From Eledone cirrhosa (taxonomy: Eukaryota), in the NCBI GenBank assembly GCA_964016885.1, contig OZ024743.1, forward strand, positions 76,012,001-76,076,000: a stretch of DNA of 64,000 nt, given 5' to 3'. Positions 29,013 through 44,007 of this stretch are shown piece by piece. Under the pieces are notes generated by a model, which made no database searches, was not told where the DNA came from, and saw only the letters and a program-made list of their open reading frames with translations. Every line of letters begins with the position of its first letter. The stretch's first letter is position 1. Position numbers and translations under genes: made by a program.

Positions 29013-30840
29013 TATAATAACAATAACAATAATAATAACAATAATAATAACAATACATTAGTTAACGAGAATAACAATAATAGTTTAAATATGAATAATA
29101 GTAGAACACCTGTAAACAATAATGTGAATAGTTTAAGGTCTGGAAATAACATTGAGAAGAAATGTAATTGTAGAAAGAAGTCCGAATGTCTTTTACAAAA
29201 TAATTGCCTTGACAAGAATATAGTATATAAATGTACCATTAAGTCAAATAATAAAATATATAACTACATAGGGGCCACTTCATCTAAATTTAAGGAACGT
29301 TGGTATAATCATAGACAGTCTTTTATTAAACCAGATAAGAAATTTTCAACTTCACTTTCACAATTAATATGGTCTTTAAAGGACAATAATACTAAATACT
29401 CCATCTTTTGGACCAAGTTAAAGAAAAACAAATTCCTATCAGAACGCAACTATTTCGCAAAATTGCAATCTTTGTGTTTCGAGACTCTACATATAATTAC
29501 AAATTATGACAATTTAATAAACAAAAAAAAAAACGAATTGTTCAGTAGTTGTCACCATAAAACTGGTTAAACTTTCCAAGCATTGTACAAGTTTCGAAAA
29601 AATTTTGTCAATTAATAATTTAATATATATATGCCTTTGCCTTATTGTGGTAATCATTTATTGATATTTATATGTATTAGAATTATTTCATTAAGAGTCT
29701 CGTTATCCTATGTTTTGATTAGGATAGTTCAATATTTAACTAGACATCTTTTATGATATTTGCAATAGATGACTTATGGTTTTCAAAATATCGCGGAATG
29801 TGTGAGTAGAGATATGTTATAAATGTTTGTATATGGTGAATGAGTTATCTTGCTTTTGTTTACATTGTCCGTAAAAATTTCCTTTCTGTTTGACTAGGTT
29901 GGTGAATTATATTGGTTTTGAAATATATAGACTAATGATATACAGACTATCATTAAAATGAAACTATATATCAAAATAAGTAAATACAGAAGTAAATATA
30001 ACCTTTCATTAAATTAATGAAATTAAACTTTTGAGTTAATTCTAGAAATTAAATGAAAATTAAAGAATAGTAAAGATTTTATAAAGAGAATATCATAATT
30101 AAATAATTTGAGTAATAGAGGATCTAAATATATTATATGTATTGATGCTGATTTATGTATGGTATTAGATTTTAATGCATATGTAATAATTATTTAAATA
30201 CGCTTTCAAAATTAATTCTTTTAAAGTTGTAACAAAATATTTATAGAATATCTTACCTTAAAATTAAAAATAATAATTTATAATGAGTTAAATTAAATTA
30301 TATAAATTTTTAATTAAACGATATATGTGATTGCTATAGAAAATAATCTATACTGATTAATTTTGATATTATATATAAGTATAATTAGCTAATGCATAAT
30401 CAAATACTAAACATATTCAATTGTTTAGTTGAATTGATTGGATGTCATATTTGATCTAGCATTTGAAAACAACGGTTTTTTCTCCATCCCCCTCTATTTG
30501 ACGTTTCCTTTATCCCCCCCCCCCTCTGTTCTCTTCACTTTACTTACACTTTGTATCTTTTGTCGTTATTCCTCTTTTCTTTTTTATATATTTCTTTTAC
30601 TCATTCATTCTTTTATCTATTTATGTATGTATTTATGTATGTATTTATTTATTTTTTCTTGCCTTTCCTCCTATTTACACCTTCTTTCCTATCTCTAATT
30701 TGCTCTACATCCTTTTCTTCTTTAAGTTTATCATATTATTTGTGGTATATAGACATGGAGATTTTATGAAATAAATCACTTCCAATACTGGAATTGTATA
30801 ATCAAGACCGTAGCGGTATGTCATATATCAAATCATATAT

Positions 30841-30906
30841 TTTATCTGATGAAGACGTACTGAAAAAAAAAACAACACATTACCTTTGAAATATATATAT
30901 AATAAA
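30841..30906 (+). ncRNA. Type I hammerhead ribozyme (family B) at the PLE 3' end
   Basis: UUUAU CUGAUGA AGACGUACUG .. cauuaccuuu GAAA UAUAUAUA UA AUAAA; one stem II substitution relative to the sister copy. Confidence 0.78.
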
Positions 30907-31052
30907 GCATATATTTTGATTATATGAATATCTTTCATTTGTTAATATTCTGAATAATATTAAACACTCCAGGAAAACTTTAACTGTTGAGTGCTTTTAA
31001 TCTATTGTAAAATTGTATTCATTGAGTAATCAAAGAACCATATTAATCTTTA

Positions 31053-31099
<47 letters not shown>

Positions 31100-31161
31100 C
31101 AATTAAGTTATACAAAAGTGAGTTACAAACGAAACGAAATTTAATTTCGTTTCGTTATTTG

Positions 31162-31197
<36 letters not shown>

Positions 31198-31372
31198 CAT
31201 ATATATGTATATATATATGTATATATATATATATATGTATATATATATACATATATATATATATACTTTATAAATAACAATTATTCATATAGTATATACT
31301 TATGTATATATACGTACACACACACACAGACACAGACACACATACTCACACACACGCACACACATATAAATC

Positions 31373-31421
<49 letters not shown>

Positions 31422-31654
31422 ATAGTGACAGAAAAAGGGGAAAAAACACCAATGAAATAAGAGCGAGAAGTAAAGGGGGCGACATCTGTTTTCTATTATA
31501 AAACAAGGTTAACTTAGATTGTTTAGTTGTTCATTAAATACTATATAACTCTAGATAGAATATCTTTGATTTCTCACTGCAGCCATTTCTCATGGCTTGT
31601 CACGTGACCATACCACATGTTACACATGTAAATACTGTTCTAGTGTTACTGTAC

Positions 31655-32190
31655 ATGTGACAATATCACCACATGTCAATGTTGGATATGTCTTATCATG
31701 TGACAATATCATATGTCTTATCATGTGACAATACCACCACATGACAGTGTTGGATGTCTTATCATGTGACAATATCACCACATGTCACTGTTGGACATGT
31801 CTTATGTGACAATATCACCACATGGTAATGTTGGATATGTCTTATCATGTGACAATATCACCACATGGTAATGTTGGATATGTCTTATCATGTGACAATA
31901 CTATCACATGGTATCATGTGACAATACACCACATGGCAGTGTTGGACATGTCTTATCATGTGTGAATATCACCACATGGTAATGTTGGACATGCCTTATC
32001 ATGTGGGAATACCACCACATGGTAATGTTGGACATGTCTTATCATGTGACAATATCACCACATGTCAGTGTTGGACATGTCTTATCATGTGACAATATCA
32101 CCACATGGTAATGTTGTACATGTCTTATGTGACAATATCACCACATGGGAATGTTGAACATGTCTTATCATGTGACAATATCACCACATC
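31655..32190. repeat. ~43-bp minisatellite (cttatcatgtgacaatatcaccacatggtaatgttggacatgt)
   Basis: About 12 tandem copies. Confidence 0.9.
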
Positions 32191-32354
32191 AACCCTCTGC
32201 CCCCCAAATATATATTTGGTGTTTCTCTGTCCCAGAAGCCCGCCACGTGGTATCGTCACATGATCACTTAGTTTCTGTCCCGTTTACATGTCACTGCTGT
32301 GATTGTGTCACATGACAACATTGTTTCCATAGCACGTGACATGCACTGGTATTA

Positions 32355-32785
32355 CATGAAACCGTCGTTTCCGTCTCACATATGTTACATTGTCACGTGA
32401 CAACCTCGTTTCCATGTCACATATATAATGCTGTCATGTGTCAACCTCGTTTCCGTCTAACACATATGATGTCATCATGTGACAACCTCGTTTTCATGTC
32501 ACATATATAACGTTGTAATGTGACAACCTCATTTCCGTGTCTCATATATAATGTTGTCATGTGACAACCTCGTTTCCATGTAACATATATAATATTGTCA
32601 TGTGACAACCTCGTTTCCGTGTCACATATATGATGTCATCATGTGACAACCTCGTTTCCGTGTCACATATACAATGTCATCATGTGACAACCTCGTTTCC
32701 ATGTCACAAATAATGCTGTAATGTGACAACCTCGTTTCCATCTAACACATATGATGTCATGTGACAGCTTCACAACTTCGTTTCC
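32355..32785. repeat. ~41-bp minisatellite (catgtgacaacctcgtttcc.tgtcacatatataatgttgt)
   Basis: About 10 tandem copies; shares catgtgacaa with the neighbouring array. Confidence 0.9.
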
Positions 32786-32789
32786 AGCT

Positions 32790-33570
32790 CCCACGCGGCT
32801 TTTCACAACACTTCAACTCTCGTGTCAAGAGTCGTGATAGGTCCTTGAGGAAGGTAGTAAAGTTCATCCTACAAGATGTCTTGCAATTTGTCCAAAAGAG
32901 TTGTGCGAAGTGTCGCTGGAAAGCTGCACAGATCTGCTTGAAATCGAATAGTTCGCGTTCATTATGTTCGGTGGATTGGCAGGATCGGTAGAGGGTTGGA
33001 CGCCATGCTTTGACGCATAGAGTTACGGCCCTTTCCCTTCTGAGTTCAAATTCCGCAGGGGTAAACTTTGCCTTTCATCCTTATGGGGTCGATAAAATAA
33101 AGTACCAATAATGTACTGAGTAATTGTTGGCCTTGTGCCAAAAGTAGAAACAATTATGTTTCGTTAAAGACCGATAGAAGCTTTTTTACCTTGGGAAAAA
33201 CATGGTTACCGCCGTGGTTTAGGCGATATTGCCCTACGACCATTTCTTCTAGAAGGAAAGCTTCATTACTATATCATGTGCCCTAGCTCTGACAACGAAG
33301 TCTTCCTAGTTCGTGTTGAAGAAATCGTCGAGGCCCAATCCCACCGCAAGCACGTCGGTCACCATGCCTTTCCTAAATACCTCTTCTACGTTTCTAACTA
33401 GATATCCCTCTAATCTAGTTTTCTCTATCGCTACTCCCTTGCTAAAGTTTATCGATTCGGCTATAATCGCCTTTCTCAGGGAGAATCTCTATTTATTGTT
33501 CACGACTCCCCACCACACTTCAACGTGTGCTGATCCGGTCTCTGTAAGCTTTGCACGCAGTGAATAACAT
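32790..33570 (-). mobile_element. Degenerate L1/Tx1-type LINE ORF2 fragment (EN-RT linker) interrupted by SINE-A (32972-33157, +)
   Basis: rc: GVVNNK*..SLRKAIIAESINFSK...VVRARAH and QICAAFQRHFAQLF...FLKDLSRL..RELKCCEKP, resembling L1/Tx1 linker motifs (F..LF ... FL..L..L...E...CE.P). Confidence 0.65.
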
Positions 33571-34399
33571 ATTCGGCTTCCAGTAACTGGCTACCTGCCT
33601 ATCAAGTATATGTAAATCAACTGCTTATATCACAAAGTTGTGGTCTGTGTAGCTAACCACTTTAAATTGAGAACAACCTATATACTTTACTGGCCAACAG
33701 AGTACTTTATCTAGATAAGATCTGGATAATACGATATGGTTCACATTTGGAAAACCCAGTTGGTACCGGTTAAATACTTGGAAACATCTGGGTAGGTTTT
33801 AGAGGCTTTTGCTCCCTCCTCTCTTGTCGGCTAGCTTCACAGAGTTCCAGTTTTCATCTAAGATATTATTCCAGAGTCTCACTACCACTAATGAGTGGGG
33901 CAGTCCTAAGAAGGCCTAAAAAATCTAGCCACCCTGATCCTATCGGAGCGCAGATGGGTATTTTCTTCAATGACTCTCTAAATGTTTCCATGTATCTCAT
34001 ATAAAAGTTGACTCTAGTTCTTTACAGCATCACTGTATTGAACCAGTGGTCAAGAAATGACCCAGGTCACCCAATATATGGTGTAAATGAAATTTGTTTT
34101 GACTAGAAATAAGACAGGAATAAGGCAGAGTCGTTTGAGCGTTAGATTAAAACATGTTTTCCATCATTTCTAGGTCGATGACTAAAGTACTAAGTCAATA
34201 CTAGAGTCGGTTGGTTCTCTTTCTCTAGACGAAGCTGTCTATGTTCCGACCTAGATGGGGATATGTTCCACCAAGACAGTGTGTCAGGAAGGCGCCCCTA
34301 AGACTCCATCAAGAGTTAAGGGCTCTTTATCTTTTTTTTTTTTGCCTTCTTGGAATGTTCAGTTCAAATCTTTACCAGGTTCGTTTACTGCGGCTACAA

Positions 34400-35020
34400 C
34401 TCACCACCACCAACGCCCGCTCCCACCACCATCATCACTACCACCTCCACCACACCACCACCACCACCACTACCACGACCACCACCCACGCCCGCTCCCA
34501 CCACCACCACCACCACCACCACCACCACCACCACCACCACCACCACCACCACCACCACATCACCACCACCACTACAACCCACCACCACCACCACCACCAC
34601 TACAACCCACCACCACCAACGCCTGCTCCCACCACCACCATCACTACCACCACCACCACACCACCACATCACCACCACCACCACTACAACCCACCACCAC
34701 CACCACTACAACCCACCACCAACGCCCGCTCCCACCACCACCACCACCACTGCTACCACTAATATATAAACAGCATGATATCTTTACAGTTATATTTAAT
34801 ATATTAACCAAGGCGATCTAATAGTAATTGTAGTCGGCATATATAACAACAACAACAACAACAGTAACAACAACAACAACAACAATAGCAACACCAACAA
34901 CAACACCAACAATACCAACACCAACAACAACACCAACAATACCAACAACAGCAACAACAACAACACCAACAATACCAACAACAGCAACAACAACAACACC
35001 AACAGCAACAATAACAACAA
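34400..35020. repeat. (CCA)n compound and (CAA)n microsatellites
   Basis: Direct observation; source of the poly-H/P/T ORFs. Confidence 0.95.
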
Positions 35021-35090
35021 CAGAAAGAACAACAAAACACGAAGAAAACATGTACATTCATAAAAAATAAAGATATATCTATACACACAT

Positions 35091-35125
<35 letters not shown>

Positions 35126-35242
35126 CACACACATATATATATATATACACACACACATATATATGTACACACACATTTATATACACACACACATATATAT
35201 ATTCACACATATATATATATACACACACACATATATACACAT

Positions 35243-35371
<129 letters not shown>

Positions 35372-35390
35372 TATATATATACACACACAC

Positions 35391-35491
<101 letters not shown>

Positions 35492-35743
35492 CATATATAT
35501 GTATATATATATATATAATATATATAAATGTATGTATATTATAAATACATTAATAGATATACAAATACACGACTAAGTTAATGAATATTATGCGTGTGGG
35601 AGGGGGGCGGGTGCGTGTGTATGTGTATATTTGTATGTCTGTGTGTATATGTATGTGTATATATGTGTATGTATGTGTGTGTATGTGTATGTATGTAGTT
35701 ATATGTATGTATGTATGTGTGTGTATGTATATGTATGTGTATT

Positions 35744-35775
<32 letters not shown>

Positions 35776-38380
35776 TGTATGTATGTATGTATGTATGTAT
35801 GTATGTGTGTATGTATGTGTATGTATATATGTGTATGTATGAATGTGTGTGTATCTATATATATATATGTATGTGTGTATGCATGTATGTGTATTTATAT
35901 GTATGTATGTATGTATGTATGTATGACATATATGTATGTATATATGTATGTGTATTTATATGTATGTATATGTATGTGTATTTATATGTATGTGTATGTA
36001 TGTGTGTGTAGGATGGCAAGGTCTTCTATGGTACTCAGTATGAAAGAAGTATTTTAAAGTAGTAGGCGGAGTAAATTCCCATTGAAGAAAGGAGAGTGTA
36101 ATCGAAGGGAGGTAATAATCTAGATGTTATCATTGTTTATAGGAGTCAGTTAGTATAAAAATTAGTCGACCTAACTATATAGAAACAGCTGGAGTTGGCA
36201 CTCTTCTAAGTCATCTAAGCGTGCAGTACCTAAAACTACAGATAACATCTAGACAGATTGTACTTACTAGTTGGGCCTTTTGGGCTTCATTTTATTGTTT
36301 GTTGTTATTGATGATGATAATAGTAGTGATGATGATGACGATGATGATGATGACGATGATGGTGGTGATGATGATAATGTTGATGGTGGTGATGGTGGTG
36401 AAAGCCAGTTGTTATTATATGCCGGTTACTTAATGGCGTGTACGACTGTGTTTGAGTGCTTCTTACAAAACCTAACATTTTACGATTAATTCTGATGTAT
36501 TTAATCTGTTTTCTTTGTGTGTAAATTGTTAATGAAAACTGCTTATTAGTTGACGGCTAAATATCATGACATCCAAAGTGTTTTAGTGATAGCTAAGGTC
36601 ATAACATAGTTTCTTTTGATAATAGGCGGAGTATATTGAGTCGGGGAGATGTGTTTTATTTCTAGATTTGTCTGATATGCTGTTTGGTTGAAAGTTAACG
36701 TAATTTAAATTGAATGTTAGTGACATGATATAGTGACTGACTGAAGGATAGGTGATACAAACTAAACTGTGAGGAAACTAGTGAGGATCCGCATTGTAGG
36801 AAACACACTTGATAAGTTTACTACAATAGAGTAAGTACATGTGTCGTGGGAAGAGGTAAGTTCTGACGTTTGAGGAAGAAGATTGGCTAGATTGATAATG
36901 TCAATGTCAAGTTTAAGAGGTTTGACGATAGGAATATTGTTAATAGTAACAATGATGACAGCAACATTAGATACACATAGCAACGTTGGTGATAGTATGA
37001 CATTAACCAAACTTATTTATAGCTGTGTCAAAATAAAGGCGATGAAAAGTTGAATGACGGTAGTGTTGTTAATAGCAACATTGGTAACAGAAGTGATAAG
37101 AATAGCAACATTAATGATGACAGGGATAGGATTATCAACTGAAGAATAGCTAAGACAATTACTAGTAGTGTCGAGATAAGTAGATGTGATGACAACAGCA
37201 CTGACAATAAAAGAAGTGATGACAGTAGAGCTACACCAAACGAAAATCATTTCACAAATATAGATAATCATGTTTTAGGTAGAGTCATAGAGACCTTTAA
37301 TAATTTATCTTCTATCTAACCGTTTTATTACCATATTTCTTATGAAAGACACTGCCTATGTTTTTCAATTAATTTTGAAAATTATCAAGAATTTGGAAGG
37401 ATAACTTTCACATTATTGAACTTATGTTTGGAACATAACTTAACAAAAGTTCTTACACAAAGTTATGATGGAAGTTATTTTTTAGTTAAATATAATTACT
37501 TTAAAAAACAGATTTGTATCCTAGAACCAGGAACAGTTTAAAGCTGGTAAATACAATTTAATAAATGAGTAACTATATGAATGACTATAAAATAATTAGA
37601 AAAACTCTACAAATCCATATTTTTTGAATTATATTCATCTATCACAAAATAAGAAATCAGAATTAAATTACAAATGTTAAACATAAGACAAAAATATTAA
37701 ATTATTCGTGCTGAGGAGTTGACTTTGTACAGGAGAAGTTGGAATACAAACCACACGTAAAAAACAGGGAATGTTCTCGTTGAAACGAACCAAATGAAAT
37801 ATAAGAATCTGAAAAATTAAATGTTTAATATTCATTTCTATCAATTATACACACCGCTGTAAGAAAGAGGGAGAGAAAGAAAGAAAGAACGCACAAAATG
37901 TGTTCTTATCACTGAATTGATTGAAATAAATTGCAACTCGTTTGTATAATTAGAAATGTTGGTAAAAATAAGGGTTATTTGATTGGTGTCATATTATTCT
38001 GGGATCAGAAAAGTCACATGTCGATCAAGCTGTTTGTGACGAAGTAAGTTTCACCTTACAAACCGAGGAGAGGGTAGTTCGTATCCTAGAATCAGAGGCT
38101 TGCTGCCTGTTCCCACGGCCTTTCATTAAGTAACAGCCTGTCTCTGGAAATTTTCTCGTAACATGTAAAACAGAACTAAGTATTTCGAAGAAAAGACTAA
38201 GCCATGTCAGTGAGCCGAGATTTTCTTAAGTTGGAGTCATAAGATTTCAAATAGTTAATGTCTTTGGAGAAGATAATAACATTAAGATTTCAAATGAATC
38301 GGTTTCATATTGATTTTACAACTTCAGGAGTTGGACCAATGAAACTAGCTGCTCATTGTTTTACATACGTGACACAGTCC

Positions 38381-38573
38381 CAGACCTGCCAACCTCTAAA
38401 AACCCAAACGGGGAGTACCATGAAAAATAGTGCCCCAAAATGGGGAGCAATGAGGCAAAATGAGGAGATTTTAAATAATGAAAGCTCTACCCATTTTCAA
38501 AAGAGAAGACATCTCTCACCCACCCAAAGTGGGTAGGAGACCTCTCTGTTGAACGGGGAGAGTTGACAGGTCT
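38381..38573 (+). mobile_element. MITE copy (cagacctg family)
   Basis: Matches 20903-21088. Confidence 0.85.
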
Positions 38574-38679
38574 TCAGCCCATAGATACATTTACATTTAA
38601 ACAGACTATGTATGACACTATATGTAATGTACGTAAAATAAATAAAAAATACACCCTTTAGTCACGAATTACCGTGGGA

Positions 38680-38985
38680 TTTGTGCCTAGAAAGTTCCCC
38701 TCCGAGGCACAAGTCCGGGTTAGTTTGTTTTATGGAAGACCAGCAGTCACCCACGAATACCAACCTTCCCTCTCAACGTCACTAATGTTGTCCAAGGGAA
38801 AGGCAATGGCTGATATAGCTTGACATCAGCGACATCACAACTCATTTCTAAACCTGGGTGAACTGGAGCAACGTGAAATAAAATGATTTGCTCAAGGACA
38901 CAACACACCATCCGGTTCTAGAATCGAGCGCACCACCTCACGATTGCAAGCCCAACGCTTTAACCACTAAACCTTGCACCTTCAC
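38680..38985 (-). mobile_element. SINE family B, near full length (tRNA-like head)
   Basis: rc head tttagtggttaaagcgttgggcttgcaatcgtgaggtggtgcgctcgattc (A/B-box-like); body matches 10142-10368. Confidence 0.85.
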
Positions 38986-39390
38986 GTAAGATATCAATAT
39001 TTCCCACTATTTCTCAATATATTCCTCCCTTGACTTTAGAGATATCTCACTGTAGAGAGATATCGATAACGATGTATTACATAGATACAACTGCCTCCAA
39101 TAAACTCTTCGTTCATTTACTTTCTGTAGATATCCTCAATATTTGTTATTTATTCAGTTATTTATAAAGTTATTTTGTTGTATTTGGTTATCAATCAACA
39201 TTGGAAACAACATCGATGAGAATTTAGCTTAGAGAGATTCAATATACCCCCCCCCCCCCTCTCTCTCTGCTCCTCTCTCTCTATCTATCTATCTATATAA
39301 TATATATATAATATATATTTTATCTATATAATGTATCATATTACATATATATATGTAATAAATATATATATATAATATACAATATGTATA

Positions 39391-39442
<52 letters not shown>

Positions 39443-39535
39443 GTGCGTGTGTGCGTTCCTTTATCAAGAACTTTGTACCGTGCTCCTTCAATCCCTGCAG
39501 CACTCAAGAATTCTGGTGCCAGACCAAATGCCGAA

Positions 39536-39630
<95 letters not shown>

Positions 39631-40301
39631 CTATATTTATATATATATATATGTATATACATATATATATACACATATACAAGCACACATACACACACAC
39701 ACATACACACATACATATATACATTTATATATATATATATACACATAAACACATACACACATGCATATATATATATATTATATATATATATGTATATTAA
39801 GAAGAGACAACAAATACATGAAAGGCGGGAGAGGGGGTACAAACGCGATCCTTACATTCTTTCTACTTCTTTGCTTTTGTCTTTTACTTGTTTTTCTTTT
39901 AATGACTTTGAAGAATTCCTTTCACCTGGGAGACAAACTGTGATGAGTTTCTGACGAAAATGAAAGAATGAATTTCATTCGTTTATCATTTCTTTATGGA
40001 ATTCTATAAATGTTCTTGTAATTTCTTGTAATTTCTTTTTCCTATGCAATTCTTTTCTATTTGAAACTAACCAATTTAGTGTAGTTTGAAGTAGAGATCC
40101 TTTGCTGGCGTTCTTTGCCTTGGACAGTCAGAATCCATCAAGGAGTTTGATAAGCGACACAAGAACTTGTGTCGCTTGAGGCTAACATGAATTGTAATGT
40201 ATATATATATATATATATATATAATACGTTTTATTTCATGTTAACCTCATACATATATATATATTTATATATTTATTTATATCTATATAACTATATGTAT
40301 G

Positions 40302-40390
<89 letters not shown>

Positions 40391-40396
40391 ATATGA

Positions 40397-40452
<56 letters not shown>

Positions 40453-40504
40453 ATATAATATATTGTATTTCATTATATATATAATAAAATGAAATATATA
40501 TACA

Positions 40505-40555
<51 letters not shown>

Positions 40556-40606
40556 CAATGTTGAAACACGAAACTCTGCTGACTGAGAACTGAGACAAAC
40601 GGCGCC

Positions 40607-40716
40607 ATGAACAATCACAAGAGACGCTGTGATATGATATATCTAAGGGGCATTGCTGCTGCTGTTGTTTTATTGTTGGGCTGGCTCAAATATATGAATG
40701 GTGCAATATTTTCGAT
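40607..40716 (+). CDS. Candidate first coding exon with hydrophobic signal-peptide-like segment
   Basis: gccATG context; MNNHKRRCDMIYLRGIAAAVVLLLGWLKYMNGAIFS followed by |gtgagt; no homology recognised. Confidence 0.2.
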
Positions 40717-40852
40717 GTGAGTCGAGACTGGCAAGAATTTGGTCACTCGAGAGAGAAGACCATCGTTTTTACTAAAGTGATCAGAGACACTTCAGTGGAA
40801 CAGTTGCCACAGACAAACACACAGACGCACACACAGACGCACAGACGCACAG

Positions 40853-40931
<79 letters not shown>

Positions 40932-40974
40932 CACACATATATATATACACACACACATACACATACACACAGAG

Positions 40975-41011
<37 letters not shown>

Positions 41012-41494
41012 CACACACACATACACATACACACAGAGACACACACACACACACAGACACACACAGACACACACAGACACACACATACACACGCATACAC
41101 ACGCAGGCACAGGCACACACACACACACATATATACACACACACAGACACACACTGACACACAGACACAGATAGACACACCCACACAGACACACACCCAC
41201 ACAGACACACATACACATACACATACACACACAGACATACATACATATGCATGTAGATATATAAATATACATATATATACACACACAGACGCGCGCACAC
41301 ACACACACACATACACACACACATATATATATACATACATAGGAAAAGAGTCAGAACCCCGACGGCTGAGCTCCGGCCGTTTCGACAGCTAAGTATCGAG
41401 TACTCTGGTGCGTTATGGTCCACCTGGTTCCTTACCACACTTCCTTCGTTATATATACATATAAAGATATGTATATATATATATATATATGTAC

Positions 41495-41653
<159 letters not shown>

Positions 41654-41662
41654 AAAATATAG

Positions 41663-42325
<663 letters not shown>

Positions 42326-42526
42326 TTCTGTCATATCGATACAGATCGAACCTTGAGCTGATCAATATCGAAACGCGCGTCACTACTCAATAAACGTAAT
42401 GAAGACATAACAAACCATCCTCTTTATGATTATAATTACACTCTGTTTAGTTCTACACCTCTTTACAGATTGGAAACTACGCAGCGAGGGTGAACCTACA
42501 GTAACCACATGTTAGAATACCTTGAT

Positions 42527-42558
<32 letters not shown>

Positions 42559-42756
42559 GTGTACATATATTTATACATACATACATACACACACACACAA
42601 CATCGCAAGTAACGAACGCAACTCAAAGCAATTAACAACAACAACAAAACAAAAGTATGTTGAGAATATAAAGCATAAATATGGAACTAACACGTGCTAC
42701 ATGATTGAATTACATAACAAAATATGATAAAGCTGATCAACCCGAACCAGAAGAAC

Positions 42757-42806
<50 letters not shown>

Positions 42807-42892
42807 ATAATAATAAATGTGAAGACTAAAATCCAAAGAGGGCTCGATGAGGATAAATATATATCAAATATATAAGAACCCTAGAGCAAATA

Positions 42893-43036
42893 TTTATTAA
42901 AATAACAGATTAAAGTTTAAGCAAAAAATCGCTGCATTCACCCTTAACGGGATCTTCTGAAACAAAGTTTCAGAAGATCCCGTTAAGGGTGAAAGTAGCG
43001 ATTCTTTGCTTAAACTTTAATCTGCTATTTTAATAT
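42893..43036. mobile_element. Fold-back element (~68-bp arms, loop aaa)
   Basis: taaaataacagattaaagtttaagcaaa..cccttaacgggatcttctgaaac AAA gtttcagaagatcccgttaaggg..; single-arm relatives at 10400-10480 and 54960-55025. Confidence 0.75.
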
Positions 43037-43879
43037 ATATTTATATATATATATATTAGTTATGTAATAAACAACATAAGGCAATTATTCCATTTACCAG
43101 TGGTTTCTTAAAAGCAACAAATTTTGCTTTCAATCATCAGAATGAAAAAATCCTGGTGTATTTATTGACAATTGGATTCTAAAAACGGATTCTAAAAAGT
43201 TATATATATATATAACTTTTTAAAAAAGAAAATTGAAATTTCTATTTGGTTCATCATACAGAAAAATAAAGCAGTATTGGAAAGGACTATAAATGCCCTA
43301 AATCAAAGGAGAGGAGGGGAAGAGCAAGGACTACTAGACAAAGGAAGAAAGGAAGGGATAAAGGAAGTGTGTGACAGACTATATGTCAGAGCAGTGTTTC
43401 GGCTGGGTTTCCGCGAACAAAATGGCAAAGGTATTTCCAGCGACACACGTTACAAGAGCCACCCTACCTCGTGGGGTTCCTTCGTCGGATGAGCTGCTAT
43501 GGATCCGATTTTACGGAGGAGATCAACTGTTTGGAGTCCGAGGACGTGTGAGGTCACCACGGTGATCGGTACAAAGAGGAAGCGGTCGGACAAGCTCCGG
43601 TATTGTCTTGTATTCCTGTCTTCTGCATTGCGGACCGCAGTACCAGGGTTTGTAGCTGATACGACATATATAAATATTATGGAAATCTAAAGCTGGATAT
43701 CATTACCATAACGATCTAAAGGTTTACAAGGATTAAAACAATAGATATTCCTACGGTGATGGACCCTTAACCTCTAATGGATTGATAGGGGCGCTGACGA
43801 TATCCTTCAGAGAAATAGGGTGAGGGAAAGAGAGCGGTAATAGATGAGGAATAAACACCAACATTGAACAGGTTCATTA

Positions 43880-44007
43880 GTTATCGACCTCGAAATGAGG
43901 AAAGGCAAAGTTGACCTCGGCGGGATTTGAACTCAGAGAGCAAAGCCGGAATGATTACTGCGAAGTATTCTAACCAATGCTCTAACGACTCTGCCACTTC
44001 GCCACCT
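43880..44007 (-). mobile_element. SINE family A-related copy
   Basis: aaaggcaaagttgacctcggcgggatttgaactcag. Confidence 0.75.

Larger units (their letters stand above)
27150..31057 (+). mobile_element. 5'-truncated Penelope-like element with inverted partial pLTR (27150-28150) and RT-thumb/GIY-YIG ORF remnant (~28230-29570)
   Basis: VNFLDVTLNLNSG.Y.P.HK.N...YV...SNH...RIS.LS.N...F...YNEAL.KAGY; IIWYTPP...LDKYFPRTHKYYSIFNRHTVK; CNCRKKSECLLQNNC...IVYKC...YIGATSSKFKERWYNHRQSF...STSLSQLIWSLK...ELFSSCHH. 27150-28150 is the reverse complement of ~30130-30960. Confidence 0.92.

Noticed and set aside
32788-32853. Plus-strand 66-nt exon candidate (ag|LPRGFSQHFNSRVKSRDRSLRK|gt)
   Set aside because: Better explained as the antisense of the L1/Tx1 ORF2 fragment on the minus strand.
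42968-43008. CAGAAGA-uccc-guuaa-gggu-GAAA hammerhead-like motif
   Set aside because: Core mismatch and poor stems I and III; probably related but not supportable.
43410-43510. HDV-like motif around ccc tacctcgt ggg
   Set aside because: Only a P3/L3-like piece is visible; P1, P1.1 and P2 could not be assigned.
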